The position numbers and the translations under genes were made by a program. The notes under the pieces were generated by a model that did no database searches, was not told the origin of the DNA, and worked only from the letters and a program-made list of their open reading frames with translations. From positions 2,176,001 to 2,240,000 of the forward strand of contig CAXXQS010000002.1 of NCBI GenBank assembly GCA_963674735.2: 64,000 nucleotides of DNA. The letters are read 5' to 3'. The stretch comes from Myxococcota bacterium. GTDB lineage: Bacteria > Myxococcota_A > SURF-8. Shown piece after piece: positions 29,937 through 39,957 of this stretch (position 1 is the stretch's first letter; every line of letters starts with the position of its first letter).

Positions 29937-31385
29937 TCAGCGTCCGGCCAGCTTGTCCTTCACCTGCTTACGCAGTTTAAGGAAGGCGACTCCCGCTTTG
30001 GTCGCGAGGTCGTCGGCCTGCTCGGCGTCGAGGTCGGGCATGAGTCCCTCGGGTCCGTAGAGATCCGTCATCATCTTGAGCACGTTTTTTCGGATCATGC
30101 TGCGTAATGGAATGTGCGCAATCATGCCGTACATGGCGGCGTTGCCCGACGTGGCCATTTCGGGATGCTGACGCACGAAATTCACTGCTTCCCGCAGGTC
30201 TTCCAGGTAGCGGTCGGTGGCTTGGGCGTGGTGGGGGGTGACCATGGCGTGCAGGCATTCAGGTTTCTGTTGACGATCGATGTGCCAGCCCTTGGTCTCC
30301 ATCCGGTCGCCGACGGCGTAGATGTTGAGAGCCGGATCGGTGGCCTGATAGGCGAAAACACTCATATGCGGGTTTCCCAGCACGGCGAGACCCGGGATGG
30401 CGTTGACGCCGTCCATGAGCTTGCGCGTGGTGTCCATGATAAGCTTGGCGCGTTCCATATAGCCGCTTTGTCCCATGGCCTGCATGGCTGCCCAAGCCGC
30501 GGCAATGGAACCGCCGGGACGCGTGCCCAGCAACGCCGGTGAGGCAAAGATGCCGCCGGGCCAGTTTTCGTAGACGAACAACTGATGCTTCATGATGTCC
30601 ATGCTGCGGTAGAGAATGGTAGACGCCCCCTTTGCGGCATATCCGTATTTGTGCACATCCGCCGAGATGGATTGTACGCCCGGTACGCGGAAATCGAAGG
30701 CGGGAATCGGGTAGCCCAGCTTTTCTACGAAGGGTAGCAGGAACCCGCCGAGGCAGGAATCGACATGCAACGGCAGTTTCTTTTTCTGCGCCAGGCGGCC
30801 CAGTTCTTCGATGGGGTCGACCACACCGTGGGGATAAGAAGGCGCAGAGCCGACGATCAGGACGGTGTTGCGGTTGATCAGCCGTTTTACCGCTTTGACG
30901 TTGACGCGGAAGTCGGGGCCCAGGGGGGCGTGTACGGCTTTGACACCGAAATACTCGGCGGCTTTCTCGAAAGCCACGTGGATCGAGTCGGGGACGATCA
31001 TTTCGGGATGTCGTATCCAGGGACGTTTGGCGCGTGCCAGGTCGCGGTAGGTTTTTACTGCCAGCAGGCAGCTTTCCGTCCCGCCGGAGGTCATGACGCC
31101 GACGGTTTGCGAGTCGCCGTGCAGCATGTTCGCGGTCATGCTCACCACGTCGTTCTCGAAGCGCTTGAGGCTTTTAAACGCCATGGGATTGAGGCCGTTT
31201 TCGCTGAAATAGGTGCCGTAGGCGGTTTTCAGGAAATCCGTGTATTCTTCGCCGAGGTAGTAGACCAGGCTCCAGGTTTTGCCGTCCTTGTAGTTCGGAT
31301 CTTCATTGCGGAATCCGTTCATTTCTTCCAAAATTTCGTCGTGGGAGCGGCCGTTTGCCGGAATACTCAACCGGGGGGTCGTCAT
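29937..31385 (-). CDS. Sphingosine-1-phosphate lyase-like PLP-dependent enzyme
   Basis: TSGGTES.LLAVKTYRD, H.AFEKAA.YF, SAPSYPHGVVDPI, HVDSCLGGF, FDFRVPGV.SISADVHKYG, W.GG...SP...GTRPG. Confidence 0.85.
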   Translation of the reverse strand: MTTPRLSIPANGRSHDEILEEMNGFRNEDPNYKDGKTWSLVYYLGEEYTDFLKTAYGTYFSENGLNPMAFKSLKRFENDVVSMTANMLHGDSQTVGVMTSGGTESCLLAVKTYRDLARAKRPWIRHPEMIVPDSIHVAFEKAAEYFGVKAVHAPLGPDFRVNVKAVKRLINRNTVLIVGSAPSYPHGVVDPIEELGRLAQKKKLPLHVDSCLGGFLLPFVEKLGYPIPAFDFRVPGVQSISADVHKYGYAAKGASTILYRSMDIMKHQLFVYENWPGGIFASPALLGTRPGGSIAAAWAAMQAMGQSGYMERAKLIMDTTRKLMDGVNAIPGLAVLGNPHMSVFAYQATDPALNIYAVGDRMETKGWHIDRQQKPECLHAMVTPHHAQATDRYLEDLREAVNFVRQHPEMATSGNAAMYGMIAHIPLRSMIRKNVLKMMTDLYGPEGLMPDLDAEQADDLATKAGVAFLKLRKQVKDKLAGR

Positions 31386-31601
31386 ATCTGCCTCCTCTGC
31401 GTGACTGCCAATTTTCCGTTACTACCGTTTGAACCCCCAAGAAAATCAAAGGGATCGCCTTTTTCATTACCAATCAGGGCGAGGCTTGTCAATGAAAAAT
31501 GAGACTCCGTCGCAAAAGAACCGGCGTCTTACTGATTGCATTTTCGGCCGGATTGCGGTAATTCGTTCACAGTCGTTGGATTTTTTCAGATGAGGTGAAG
31601 G

Positions 31602-32708
31602 ATGGACGGCCTGCTTTTTGTTCTGTTTTTGTTGGTTCCGGCGTTTCTGTTTTTCGCTTTACTGACCGTTTGGTTGATCGGTCGTTTCTATCATGTACCC
31701 TATCATGCAGACGCGTTGTATTGGGCTACGACGGCAGATGGCTGGAAATTGGCTTTGCACCGCCGCATTCCAGAGACGCGGCGCTTCAAACAGCCGGTGA
31801 TTTTGTGTCATGGTTTGGGTGCCAACCGTTTCAACCTGGACTTTCCAGGGCATTCGCTGGCGGAATATCTTAACCGCGAGGGTTTCGATGTCTGGGTTTG
31901 CGAACTGCGTGGTGCAGGCTATTCTTCGACGCCGGCTCCTTTTAGCCGCTACCGTTACGATTGGAACTTCGATACCTTGGTGCGCCGCGATATCCCCGCT
32001 GTTATCGGGCGTATCTGCGAGTTGACGGGTTGTGCCGATCTGTTGTGGGTAGGGCACAGTATGGGCGGCATGGTGATGTATGCCCATCTAGCCGAGGCTG
32101 ACCCGCGCGTCAAGGCCGTCTTTGCCATCGCCAGTCCCGTGACGTTCGATGAACTGACCTGGTCGGCCCACGTGCGACCTATCGGCCGCCTTCTCTCGTT
32201 TCTTCCCGCTTTCCACCAGCGTTTCTGGGCGACCTTGATGGCACCGCTGTCGGGGCGATTCGGGGGGAAACCGGGGATTATTTCCAACGATGCGAATGTG
32301 GATATGCCTTTCGGTCGTCACATCATGCCCAACCTGTCTACCGATTTGCCGATGACCTTGGTGATGCATACCGCCAAGTGGAGTGAAAGCGGTCAGTTGG
32401 TCAGTGCGGACGGTGCCTGCAATTACTATGAGCGGATGGCCGAGATCACGACTCCGATGGGTTTCGCCGTCGGAGCCGCCGATCGTCTTGCGACGCCGAA
32501 AAGTGTGCGTGATGCTTTCGAGCGTTGTGGGTCGGCCGATAAGACATTCCGTTTCTATTCCAAAGCCGACGGCGACCAAGCCGATTACGGCCATGGCGAC
32601 ATTGTTTTCGGCCGTAGCGCCCCGGATGAAGTGTTCACCCATGTGGCTGAATTCCTTGAAAAACGCGCCGAACGTTTGTCGCAAGAGCCCGATGCGCCCG
32701 ATGCTTAA
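31602..32708 (+). CDS. Membrane-anchored alpha/beta hydrolase (lipase/esterase-like)
   Basis: N-terminal TM, T.DGW.LALHR, LCHGLGAN, GHSMGG nucleophile, ADRLA, YGHGD. Confidence 0.88.
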   Translation: MDGLLFVLFLLVPAFLFFALLTVWLIGRFYHVPYHADALYWATTADGWKLALHRRIPETRRFKQPVILCHGLGANRFNLDFPGHSLAEYLNREGFDVWVCELRGAGYSSTPAPFSRYRYDWNFDTLVRRDIPAVIGRICELTGCADLLWVGHSMGGMVMYAHLAEADPRVKAVFAIASPVTFDELTWSAHVRPIGRLLSFLPAFHQRFWATLMAPLSGRFGGKPGIISNDANVDMPFGRHIMPNLSTDLPMTLVMHTAKWSESGQLVSADGACNYYERMAEITTPMGFAVGAADRLATPKSVRDAFERCGSADKTFRFYSKADGDQADYGHGDIVFGRSAPDEVFTHVAEFLEKRAERLSQEPDAPDA

Positions 32709-33889
32709 GATCGGTCGAGGCGGAACCGGTCGAAGTCGAGGGTGAGGTAATGGGTCAGCTCGTCGAGGCTTCGGCTTTTGGCGAAGACGGTGGAAAAAAA
32801 CTTGTAGCGCGCCGGGTCGATGGGTGCATATTCCAGTATTTCCCGGAAGGTGGCGCGGTAGGCGTCTTCGTCGATGCGATCTCGCGCGGGGTCGAAACGG
32901 CTGGGGGTTTGTCCGACGATGAATGCATAGTAAGCGTTGTCCGGCTCGCCCAGAATCGTTCCCCAATCGGGGCGCTGGTTTTTGAGATACATGGCATAGG
33001 CATTGATGTCGAAGGCATGATGAGGCAGATCGGCCAGACCGAAACCACCGAAACGCAAGGGGTTGATTTCGATCGGCGTCAGGCGGCCGTTTTGGATGCG
33101 CACTTCAGCATGCAGGGGGAAATTGCGCAACGGACGCATGCTTCCCACGCGATCGAGAAAGCCACGCAAGGAATCGAGGTGTTCGGCTACTAAATCGCGC
33201 GAAGTGTAATAGACGAGGTCGCGGGTGTCGTCGCGGTCGGCGAAGGGATGACAGGTGATGGATAAAATCACCGGTTCGCCCGCTGGATCGAAGTAGGCAT
33301 CGCAGGTGATCTCATCTCCTTCGATGTAATCTTCCACCAGAAAACGGTCGCTGTTGACCACATCCTCGTCGAAAACGCTGGAAAAAGCTTCCACTTCGGC
33401 TACGATTTCCTTTACGGCCTGCTGCCACTCATCGTGGCCACAAAAACGCCGCACGCCCAGGCTGTGGAAGCCGATGGAGGGTTTGACGATCAGGCTGCGG
33501 TCGGCCGGTGGAACGAAAGTGGCCAGTTCATTTCGATTCAACTCCAGAACGGTCGCCGTCGGGTTGCCGTCCATGTAGCGACGTTTGAAAGCGGCTTTGT
33601 CTTTGAAAAACCGTACGTTTTCGCGTAATTCTTTGTTGTTTGACTGCTGTTCGATGAAGCGCAGGCAGTCTTCGGCGTTGAAATACACCGGTGTCTCGGG
33701 ATCGTCGATGGCGTGTTGAGCGTCTTCCAGAGTGATGCGCCGTAGATTAGGATTGAGGACGGGCCAGTATTCAGGGCGCGAGAACACCGGGATATCTTCG
33801 TCGATCAGGGTCCGGATCAATAGCGGCGACAGGTAGGCATCACTCAGCAAAACCAAAGGAAGAGCACACTCGGGATGATAGGGTGACAC
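32705..33889 (-). CDS. ATP-grasp domain protein
   Basis: FKDK, IVKPSIGFHSLGV, VEDYIEGDE, HAEVR...PIEINPLRFGG; AGGAGG SD before GTG. Confidence 0.85.
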   Translation of the reverse strand: MSPYHPECALPLVLLSDAYLSPLLIRTLIDEDIPVFSRPEYWPVLNPNLRRITLEDAQHAIDDPETPVYFNAEDCLRFIEQQSNNKELRENVRFFKDKAAFKRRYMDGNPTATVLELNRNELATFVPPADRSLIVKPSIGFHSLGVRRFCGHDEWQQAVKEIVAEVEAFSSVFDEDVVNSDRFLVEDYIEGDEITCDAYFDPAGEPVILSITCHPFADRDDTRDLVYYTSRDLVAEHLDSLRGFLDRVGSMRPLRNFPLHAEVRIQNGRLTPIEINPLRFGGFGLADLPHHAFDINAYAMYLKNQRPDWGTILGEPDNAYYAFIVGQTPSRFDPARDRIDEDAYRATFREILEYAPIDPARYKFFSTVFAKSRSLDELTHYLTLDFDRFRLDRS

Positions 33890-33925
33890 CGAAACCTCCT
33901 GTTGCCTGAAGCGATCAGCGGGGCT

Positions 33926-33954
33926 ATTGTAAGCGTGAGAGGGCAGGCGGTCAA
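33926..33954 (-). promoter_or_regulatory. Sigma70-type promoter of the ATP-grasp gene
   Basis: TTGACC-N17-TACAAT on the minus strand. Confidence 0.65.
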
Positions 33955-34028
33955 CCCTTCTGAGAGATCGTTTCTATATTGGATGTGTATGACGTGATTT
34001 TGTCGAACGAGAAGGAAGGAACGGTGAC

Positions 34029-34352
34029 ATGAAACGGGTGGGATTCATTCTGAAAGTGAAGCAGGACAAGCTTGACGAATATCGCGAGCATCATCGCAAA
34101 GTGTGGCCCGAAATGCTCGAAGCCCTGCGGGAAACCGGCTGGCATAATTACTCGCTGTTTTTGCGGCCGGACGGCTTGCTGTTCGGTTATTTCGAGACAC
34201 CCGAGAGCTTCCAGACGGCGCTTGATGGCATGAGCGAGAAAGAGATCAACGCCCGCTGGCAGGCGATGATGGGGCCGTACTTCGAGTCGCTTGGCGGCCA
34301 GAATCCCGATGAGGCCATGGCCGAACTCGAAGAAGTCTTTCACCTCGACTGA
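34029..34352 (+). CDS. rhaM: L-rhamnose mutarotase
   Basis: EYREHH..VWPEM...L...G.HNYSLFL, RWQAMM, EEVFHLD; beside rhaA. Confidence 0.92.
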   Translation: MKRVGFILKVKQDKLDEYREHHRKVWPEMLEALRETGWHNYSLFLRPDGLLFGYFETPESFQTALDGMSEKEINARWQAMMGPYFESLGGQNPDEAMAELEEVFHLD

Positions 34353-34369
34353 GTGCGGATGGCGGATGG

Positions 34370-35635
34370 CTAATTGCGCTTATTCAGCACCTCGTTTTCG
34401 TAAGCATGTACCGCCGCGATCCATTCCGCTCCCACCGGTACGCCCGCTTTGACGCAATACCAGTCCCAGACCGCGCCGAAGGGTAGGCTTTTCATGCGCT
34501 CGGTAAGCGCCATGCATCCGAAACCGTCGTTGGCCGCTTCAAGTTTGCGCAGGGTCTCGGCCGGTTCCAACAAGGCGAATAGCAGCGCTTTCAGGGTCGC
34601 ACGTGCGCCGATCACCCACGCTCCCACCCGGTTCAGGCTGGCGTCGAAATAATCGAGGGCCAGATGGACACGCTCCAGGGCCTGGGCGCGGGTGATTTCC
34701 AGCATCAGGGCGCGTACATCGTCGGTGAAGTGGACCACGTGGTCGCTGTCCCAGCGTACGCCGCGGCTGACGTGAATCAACAATTGTTCGAACACGGGCA
34801 TAAGCGCCGAAATTTTCTCCGCCACCGATTCGGTTGGATGGTAATGACCCATGTCGAGGCAGGGCATCAGTCCGTGTTTTTGGGCGAAGCCGAGATAGAA
34901 CTCATGGGAGCCCACCACGAACGATTCGGAGCCGATACCGAAAAGCTTGCTCTCCACGCTGTCGAGGAGACGACCGGAGGGGCTGTCTGCATAGATCTCG
35001 CACAGGCTTTCCCAGAGACGTTGCCGGTAGGCGGCGCGGTCGGTTGTGTCGTTTTTCGTGCCGTCGGGAATCCAGAGATTGTGGACGCAGGACGATTCGA
35101 GCGCCTCTCCCATCGCGGCTCCGATGCGGCGGCAGCGTTTTACGTGTTCGATCCAGAAACGGCGGATGTTCGCGTCGGGATGGCTGAGCGTCAGGCCTTG
35201 TTCGGCCAAGGGATGGCTAAACAGGGTGGCGTTGAAATCGAGTTTGATCCTTTGTTCTTTCGCCCAGTCGATCCAGCTTTGGAAGTGTTCCGGCCCGATG
35301 GCGTCGCGGTCGGTTTTTTGTCCGGCGAAATCGCCGTAGATGGCGTGCAGATTGAGCCGATGGCTGCCGGGGATCAAGCTGAAGGCGTGCGCAAGATCGT
35401 GGCGCAGTTCGTCCAGCGTGCGCGCTTTTCCAGGATAATTGCCGGTAACGGCCAATCCTCCGCCCGACAGCGCGGCATCCGGTGACTCGAAACCGCCCAC
35501 ATCGTCGCCTTGCCAACAGTGCAGTGACAAAGCCACCGACGCCAGACGATCCGAGGCCAGGTCGGTATCGATACCCAACTCGGCGTATTGTTCTCGTGCC
35601 AGTTCATAAGCGGTTTCGATGCGTGTTTGGTTCAC
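34370..35635 (-). CDS. rhaA: L-rhamnose isomerase
   Basis: SLHCWQGDDVGGFE, TGNYPGKAR, NLHAIY, VESKLFGIGSES, HVSRGVRWDSDHV, LDYFDAS. Confidence 0.97.
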   Translation of the reverse strand: MNQTRIETAYELAREQYAELGIDTDLASDRLASVALSLHCWQGDDVGGFESPDAALSGGGLAVTGNYPGKARTLDELRHDLAHAFSLIPGSHRLNLHAIYGDFAGQKTDRDAIGPEHFQSWIDWAKEQRIKLDFNATLFSHPLAEQGLTLSHPDANIRRFWIEHVKRCRRIGAAMGEALESSCVHNLWIPDGTKNDTTDRAAYRQRLWESLCEIYADSPSGRLLDSVESKLFGIGSESFVVGSHEFYLGFAQKHGLMPCLDMGHYHPTESVAEKISALMPVFEQLLIHVSRGVRWDSDHVVHFTDDVRALMLEITRAQALERVHLALDYFDASLNRVGAWVIGARATLKALLFALLEPAETLRKLEAANDGFGCMALTERMKSLPFGAVWDWYCVKAGVPVGAEWIAAVHAYENEVLNKRN

Positions 35636-35650
35636 GGCTTTCCCCTTACC

Positions 35651-37120
35651 TTAACGAGGATTCAATTGCAAAAAGCGGTCGTAGGCAGCGTCCCAACTGG
35701 CGGCATCGGTCGGCTCATAGCGCTCCAACTCGAATGAGCGGGCGCTCACCTCGCGGATTTCCGCAAAGGAAGCCAATTCACCCGCCGCTTTGGCCTGCAC
35801 CAGCAGGTTTCCGACGGCCGTCGCCTCCACCGGTCCCGCCAACACCGGTAATCCGATAGCATTAGCGGTGAGTCGGCAGAGTAGCCGGTTCTGGGTTCCG
35901 CCGCCGATGATGTGCAGACGGCGGATGGGCTGAGGCGAGAGGCGGCGCAATTGATCGAGGACAAACCGCGCTTTGAGTGCCAGGCTTTCCAATATACAAC
36001 GCACGATTTCTCCCGGTGTTTCCGGAGCTGGTTGTCGACTCTGGCGGCAGATCTCGCGGATGGCGGCGGGCATATTGTCGGGTGCATGGAGCGCGGGGTG
36101 GTCGGGATCGATCAGAGCGCCGAACGACGGTGCCTGCTCGGCCAGCTTCGTCAATTCGTCGAAGGCGTAATCTTTTTCAGCGGCCCAGATGCGGCGGCAT
36201 TCCTGCAAAAGCCACAGCCCGGTGATATTCTTGAGAATGCGGAAGCCGCCGTCGGCCGCACCTTCGTTGGTAACATTGGTGGCCAAGGCATCTTCACCGA
36301 GGATCGGTGTCGGTGACTCGATCCCCATAAGCGACCAGGTGCCGGAACTCAAGTAGGCGTAATCGCTTCCATCCGCCGGAACGGCCGCGACGGCTGAACC
36401 CGTGTCGTGGGTGGCGACGGCCGTAACGGTGATGTCATGCAGACCCGTCTCTTGCGCCACGGCCGGATCGAGCTGGCCCAGCGCGGTTCCCGGCATGACG
36501 ATCGGCTGCATGAGCGAGGGCGACAGTTCGAGCCGTTTGAGGATCTCGGTATCCCATCCGCCGAGGACGGGGTTGTAGAGCTGTGACGTGGTGGCGAAGG
36601 TGAATTCGCTGCGTTTGATGCCGGTAAGTAAATAGTGGAAGCAGTCGGGAATGAACAGGAGGTCGTCGGCCGCTTCCAGTAGGGGCGAGGACTGCCGTCG
36701 CATGGCCTCCAGTTGCACCAGGGTGTTCAATTCCAGGAATTGAATGCCGGTCCGGTTGTAGATCTCTTCGCGGGGCATTTTCTGAAACAGGCTTTCCAGC
36801 ATGCCGCCGGTGCGTGGGTCGCGGTAGCTGACGGGTGGGCCGAGAAATTGTCCATCGCGGGCGAGCAGCGCAAAGTCCACTCCCCAGGTGTCGATGCCGA
36901 GGTGGGTGGGTGGATTCTTCTCGCTACGAGCGACTTCGCACATGGCATCGAGCATGCGGGCGTAAAGACCGAAGAGATTCCAGTGCAGAGTTTGGCGCAG
37001 ACGTACGATGCGGTTGGGAAAACGCGCCACCTCGCGCAGCTTCAATTGGCCGTTTCTCAGATCTCCGATCAGCGCCCGGCCGCTCGACGCCCCCAGGTCG
37101 AAGGCGAGATAGCGACCCAT
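35651..37120 (-). CDS. rhaB: Rhamnulokinase
   Basis: AFDLGASSGR, GIDTWGVDF, YRDPRT, HDTGSAV, SSGTWSLMG, TNEG, KNITGLW, GPVEATAVGN; start ATG 37120. Confidence 0.96.
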   Translation of the reverse strand: MGRYLAFDLGASSGRALIGDLRNGQLKLREVARFPNRIVRLRQTLHWNLFGLYARMLDAMCEVARSEKNPPTHLGIDTWGVDFALLARDGQFLGPPVSYRDPRTGGMLESLFQKMPREEIYNRTGIQFLELNTLVQLEAMRRQSSPLLEAADDLLFIPDCFHYLLTGIKRSEFTFATTSQLYNPVLGGWDTEILKRLELSPSLMQPIVMPGTALGQLDPAVAQETGLHDITVTAVATHDTGSAVAAVPADGSDYAYLSSGTWSLMGIESPTPILGEDALATNVTNEGAADGGFRILKNITGLWLLQECRRIWAAEKDYAFDELTKLAEQAPSFGALIDPDHPALHAPDNMPAAIREICRQSRQPAPETPGEIVRCILESLALKARFVLDQLRRLSPQPIRRLHIIGGGTQNRLLCRLTANAIGLPVLAGPVEATAVGNLLVQAKAAGELASFAEIREVSARSFELERYEPTDAASWDAAYDRFLQLNPR

Positions 37121-37122
37121 GA

Positions 37123-37941
37123 TCAGTCCTCCAGTTTGAAGGCACGCGCCAGTTCGGTCAATTGGCCTGGAGAAAGCCCCTTGGGAGTTTCCCCGGCGGC
37201 CCGACACATCAGCAGAATCTGGGCGGCTTTGTTGGCCGTGTCGATGATATCGAAGGCGTTTTGCGGGTTGCTTCCCACCGCCATCAGGCCATGCATTTCC
37301 CACAACGCGATCTGGTGACCATGCTTGAACGTACTTAAGGTGGCCTGAGCCAGGGCTTGCGAACTCGGCAGGGCATAGGGAACAAGCCCGACTCCCGCCG
37401 GAATCACCACCTTGATTTCAGGCAGCATACTCCACAGAGCCTGGTTCAGCGTCGCCTCTTCTTTGTAGTCGGATAAATGCGAAACGGCAATCATTTCGGT
37501 TGGATGAGTATGCAACACCACTCGCGCATCGGACTTTTGGTGTTTCAAGAACTCATGGATGAGCAAGTGGGTCGGCAATTCGGATGTCGGTTTCACCACC
37601 ATGGGGTGATGCTCGGGGAAAACGCGGTAGCGAGTGCCGTCTTCGTTGAGCAGGACCAGGCAGGTGTGGCTTTCCGGGTCGTTGGCGATGTCTCGGAAGC
37701 GGTGTCCGGATCCTGTGATAAAGAAGACATTGCGACGAATGCCCGGGTAGGCGCAATCCAGCGAGTGGTCTTGTGCGTCTTCCTTGTCCAGCCAGTCCGC
37801 TTCGATCTGTTCGGTTACATTGATCGACAGGTTGCCGCCGTTGCATTCCGCCCAGCCCCGTTCCCACAAATACTCAGCCACTTCGCGGACTTCATCCAGA
37901 ATCGGCCGCATATCCGGCCAGTGCGATGTCAATCGTTTCAC
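37123..37941 (-). CDS. rhaD: Rhamnulose-1-phosphate aldolase
   Basis: GWAECNGGNLS, PTSELPTH, HTHPT, LWSMLPE, LWEMHG; GAAGGAGG SD before GTG. Confidence 0.93.
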   Translation of the reverse strand: MKRLTSHWPDMRPILDEVREVAEYLWERGWAECNGGNLSINVTEQIEADWLDKEDAQDHSLDCAYPGIRRNVFFITGSGHRFRDIANDPESHTCLVLLNEDGTRYRVFPEHHPMVVKPTSELPTHLLIHEFLKHQKSDARVVLHTHPTEMIAVSHLSDYKEEATLNQALWSMLPEIKVVIPAGVGLVPYALPSSQALAQATLSTFKHGHQIALWEMHGLMAVGSNPQNAFDIIDTANKAAQILLMCRAAGETPKGLSPGQLTELARAFKLED

Positions 37942-38090
37942 CACTCCTCCTTCACCTGACAGATCGGAAGCATCCACACCGCCAGCATATGGCGGTGCCG
38001 CCTAGTTTAGCCTTCGAGCGGCGGGAACGCAACGGAATCCCGCCATGGTTTTTGTGTGCGAAGGAGAACGTGTCAGCGGGCGAAAGCGAT

Positions 38091-39788
38091 CTACAAGGCG
38101 TGGTTCGATCCGCCGTGTACGCGACGAATGCGGCCTTCCAGCTCGGGGTTGATTGGTTGGTGGCTTTTGATGTACTCGATGATGAGGTCGGAGACGCGCC
38201 GCCCATGGTCGTAGGCGTCGATCGCCTGTGATTCCAGTGTGTTGTAGTCATCACCGCCACGTCGAATGAAGTCGGAAGTGGCCACGCGATAAAAGGCGTC
38301 GTTGTTGAGCGGTGCGTAAGTGCCGCTGTTTGTTAAAACCTCGATTTGACGGACCCGCTCACCCGCAAGTCGGGTGGGATCCCAACTGAAACGCAAACCC
38401 GATACCTGTAAAAAACGGCCGGTGCCGTCGTTGTTCGGGTTGTCGGCGCGGCTCACGCTGTGTTCCAGGACATCTCGCAGGTTGCGGCCTTGAATGGAAA
38501 AAGTCGCCAACAGGTTGGGGAAGGGGAAGACTTCCAGCACCTGCGCCACCGTGATCGGCCCCTCCGGAATACCGGCGCGAATCCCGCCGCCGTTGGTGAG
38601 GGCGATCTGAACCGGATTGGGTAGGGTTGCCCAGCGCATGGCATCGGCGATCAGATTGCCGAGGTTGCATTCGTTGAAGCGGCAATCGTGATCCGCCCCG
38701 ACCAATTCGATGTCGGTCCGGCCGATCGTATTGGTGTAGAAGGGTTCCAGTTCTTGGTTGAACCGCTCTGCATCGGCGAGGATGACCGGATCTTCGGGAA
38801 TCGTGTGGTCAACCGCAATAGGTGCGCCGTCCCAACGGACCAGGCGTCCTTGAGTATCGAATTCGAGAGTCAACCGACCCAGCAGGCGGCCGTAGTCCCC
38901 GGCGCTGACCACCAGCACCGGATGTCCCGATGCCCCGTCAACCAGAGTGGGGTAAGCGCCTTGCGATTGGGACACTCCTTCTCCCAGGGGGGTGTGGCTG
39001 TGACCGCCGATGACGAGGTCGAGACCCTCGATTCTGTTTGCCAGATCGAGGTCGCGCTGGTAGCCCAAGTGGGTGAGAGCGATCACGATGTCGACGCCCT
39101 GTGCTTGCAGGCTATTGACAGACTGAGTCAACGCCGCGTCTATGGGTTGGAAGTCCACCGTATCGCCGGGGCTCGAAATGTAGCGGCTGCTTTCGGTAAT
39201 CGCACCGATAATGCCGACCTTTTTTCCCCCGATTTCTCGGATGAGATAGGGCTTGATGTATTTCGCCAGCCGCGGTTCGCGATGGGTGTCGAGGTTGGTG
39301 GCCAGCAGAGGGAAGTCGGTCTTTTCCGCGAAAGCGGCCAATCCGGCCACGCCGTCATCGAATTCGTGGTTGCCGATGGCCATGGCGTCGTAACCGAGCC
39401 GATTCATGAAATGAACGGTTGCGCGGCCCCTGAATTTGGTGAAGAACAATGTCCCCTGAAATTGGTCGCCTGCGTCGAGTAAAAGCGTGTTGGGGTGTTC
39501 ACTGCGTAGCTGTTTGATCAAGGTTGCGCGTCGCGCCACACCGCCGAAACACCGTTCCGGGGCTTCGTTGCGGCAGGTATTGCCGTATTTGTTAAAAGGC
39601 AGGATGTGTCCGTGCACGTCGTTTGTGTGCAGGACGGTGAGCGTGTAAGCCGTCTCGGGCGTATTGGCTGGGGCGGGCGTCCAGGTTTTCATGGCCTGAT
39701 AGCCGATGCCGACGAAAACCATGGAAGCCGTGGCAATAATCAAAAATAATCGCAACGAACGTGATGGGTTGGGTTGGGGATAAGTCAT
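38091..39788 (-). CDS. Exported 5'-nucleotidase (UshA-like)
   Basis: LHTNDVHGH, LDAGDQFQGT, GNHEFDDG, LTHLG, GGHSHT, NGGGIRA, FLQVSG. Confidence 0.93.
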   Translation of the reverse strand: MTYPQPNPSRSLRLFLIIATASMVFVGIGYQAMKTWTPAPANTPETAYTLTVLHTNDVHGHILPFNKYGNTCRNEAPERCFGGVARRATLIKQLRSEHPNTLLLDAGDQFQGTLFFTKFRGRATVHFMNRLGYDAMAIGNHEFDDGVAGLAAFAEKTDFPLLATNLDTHREPRLAKYIKPYLIREIGGKKVGIIGAITESSRYISSPGDTVDFQPIDAALTQSVNSLQAQGVDIVIALTHLGYQRDLDLANRIEGLDLVIGGHSHTPLGEGVSQSQGAYPTLVDGASGHPVLVVSAGDYGRLLGRLTLEFDTQGRLVRWDGAPIAVDHTIPEDPVILADAERFNQELEPFYTNTIGRTDIELVGADHDCRFNECNLGNLIADAMRWATLPNPVQIALTNGGGIRAGIPEGPITVAQVLEVFPFPNLLATFSIQGRNLRDVLEHSVSRADNPNNDGTGRFLQVSGLRFSWDPTRLAGERVRQIEVLTNSGTYAPLNNDAFYRVATSDFIRRGGDDYNTLESQAIDAYDHGRRVSDLIIEYIKSHQPINPELEGRIRRVHGGSNHAL

Positions 39789-39957
39789 GGTACTACCTGG
39801 TGGATCGCTCGGTTGATGTTACACAGCGCGCTGAAGAGCTGAAGAACCGCGACGGATGATAGCATAAACACCCCATGCCGGACGAGTGAAAACAACAGTT
39901 CGGTGAAATCTTTTTTCAGCCCGAACCCCGAATCAAAAAATCGATAGAGGCTGTAAA

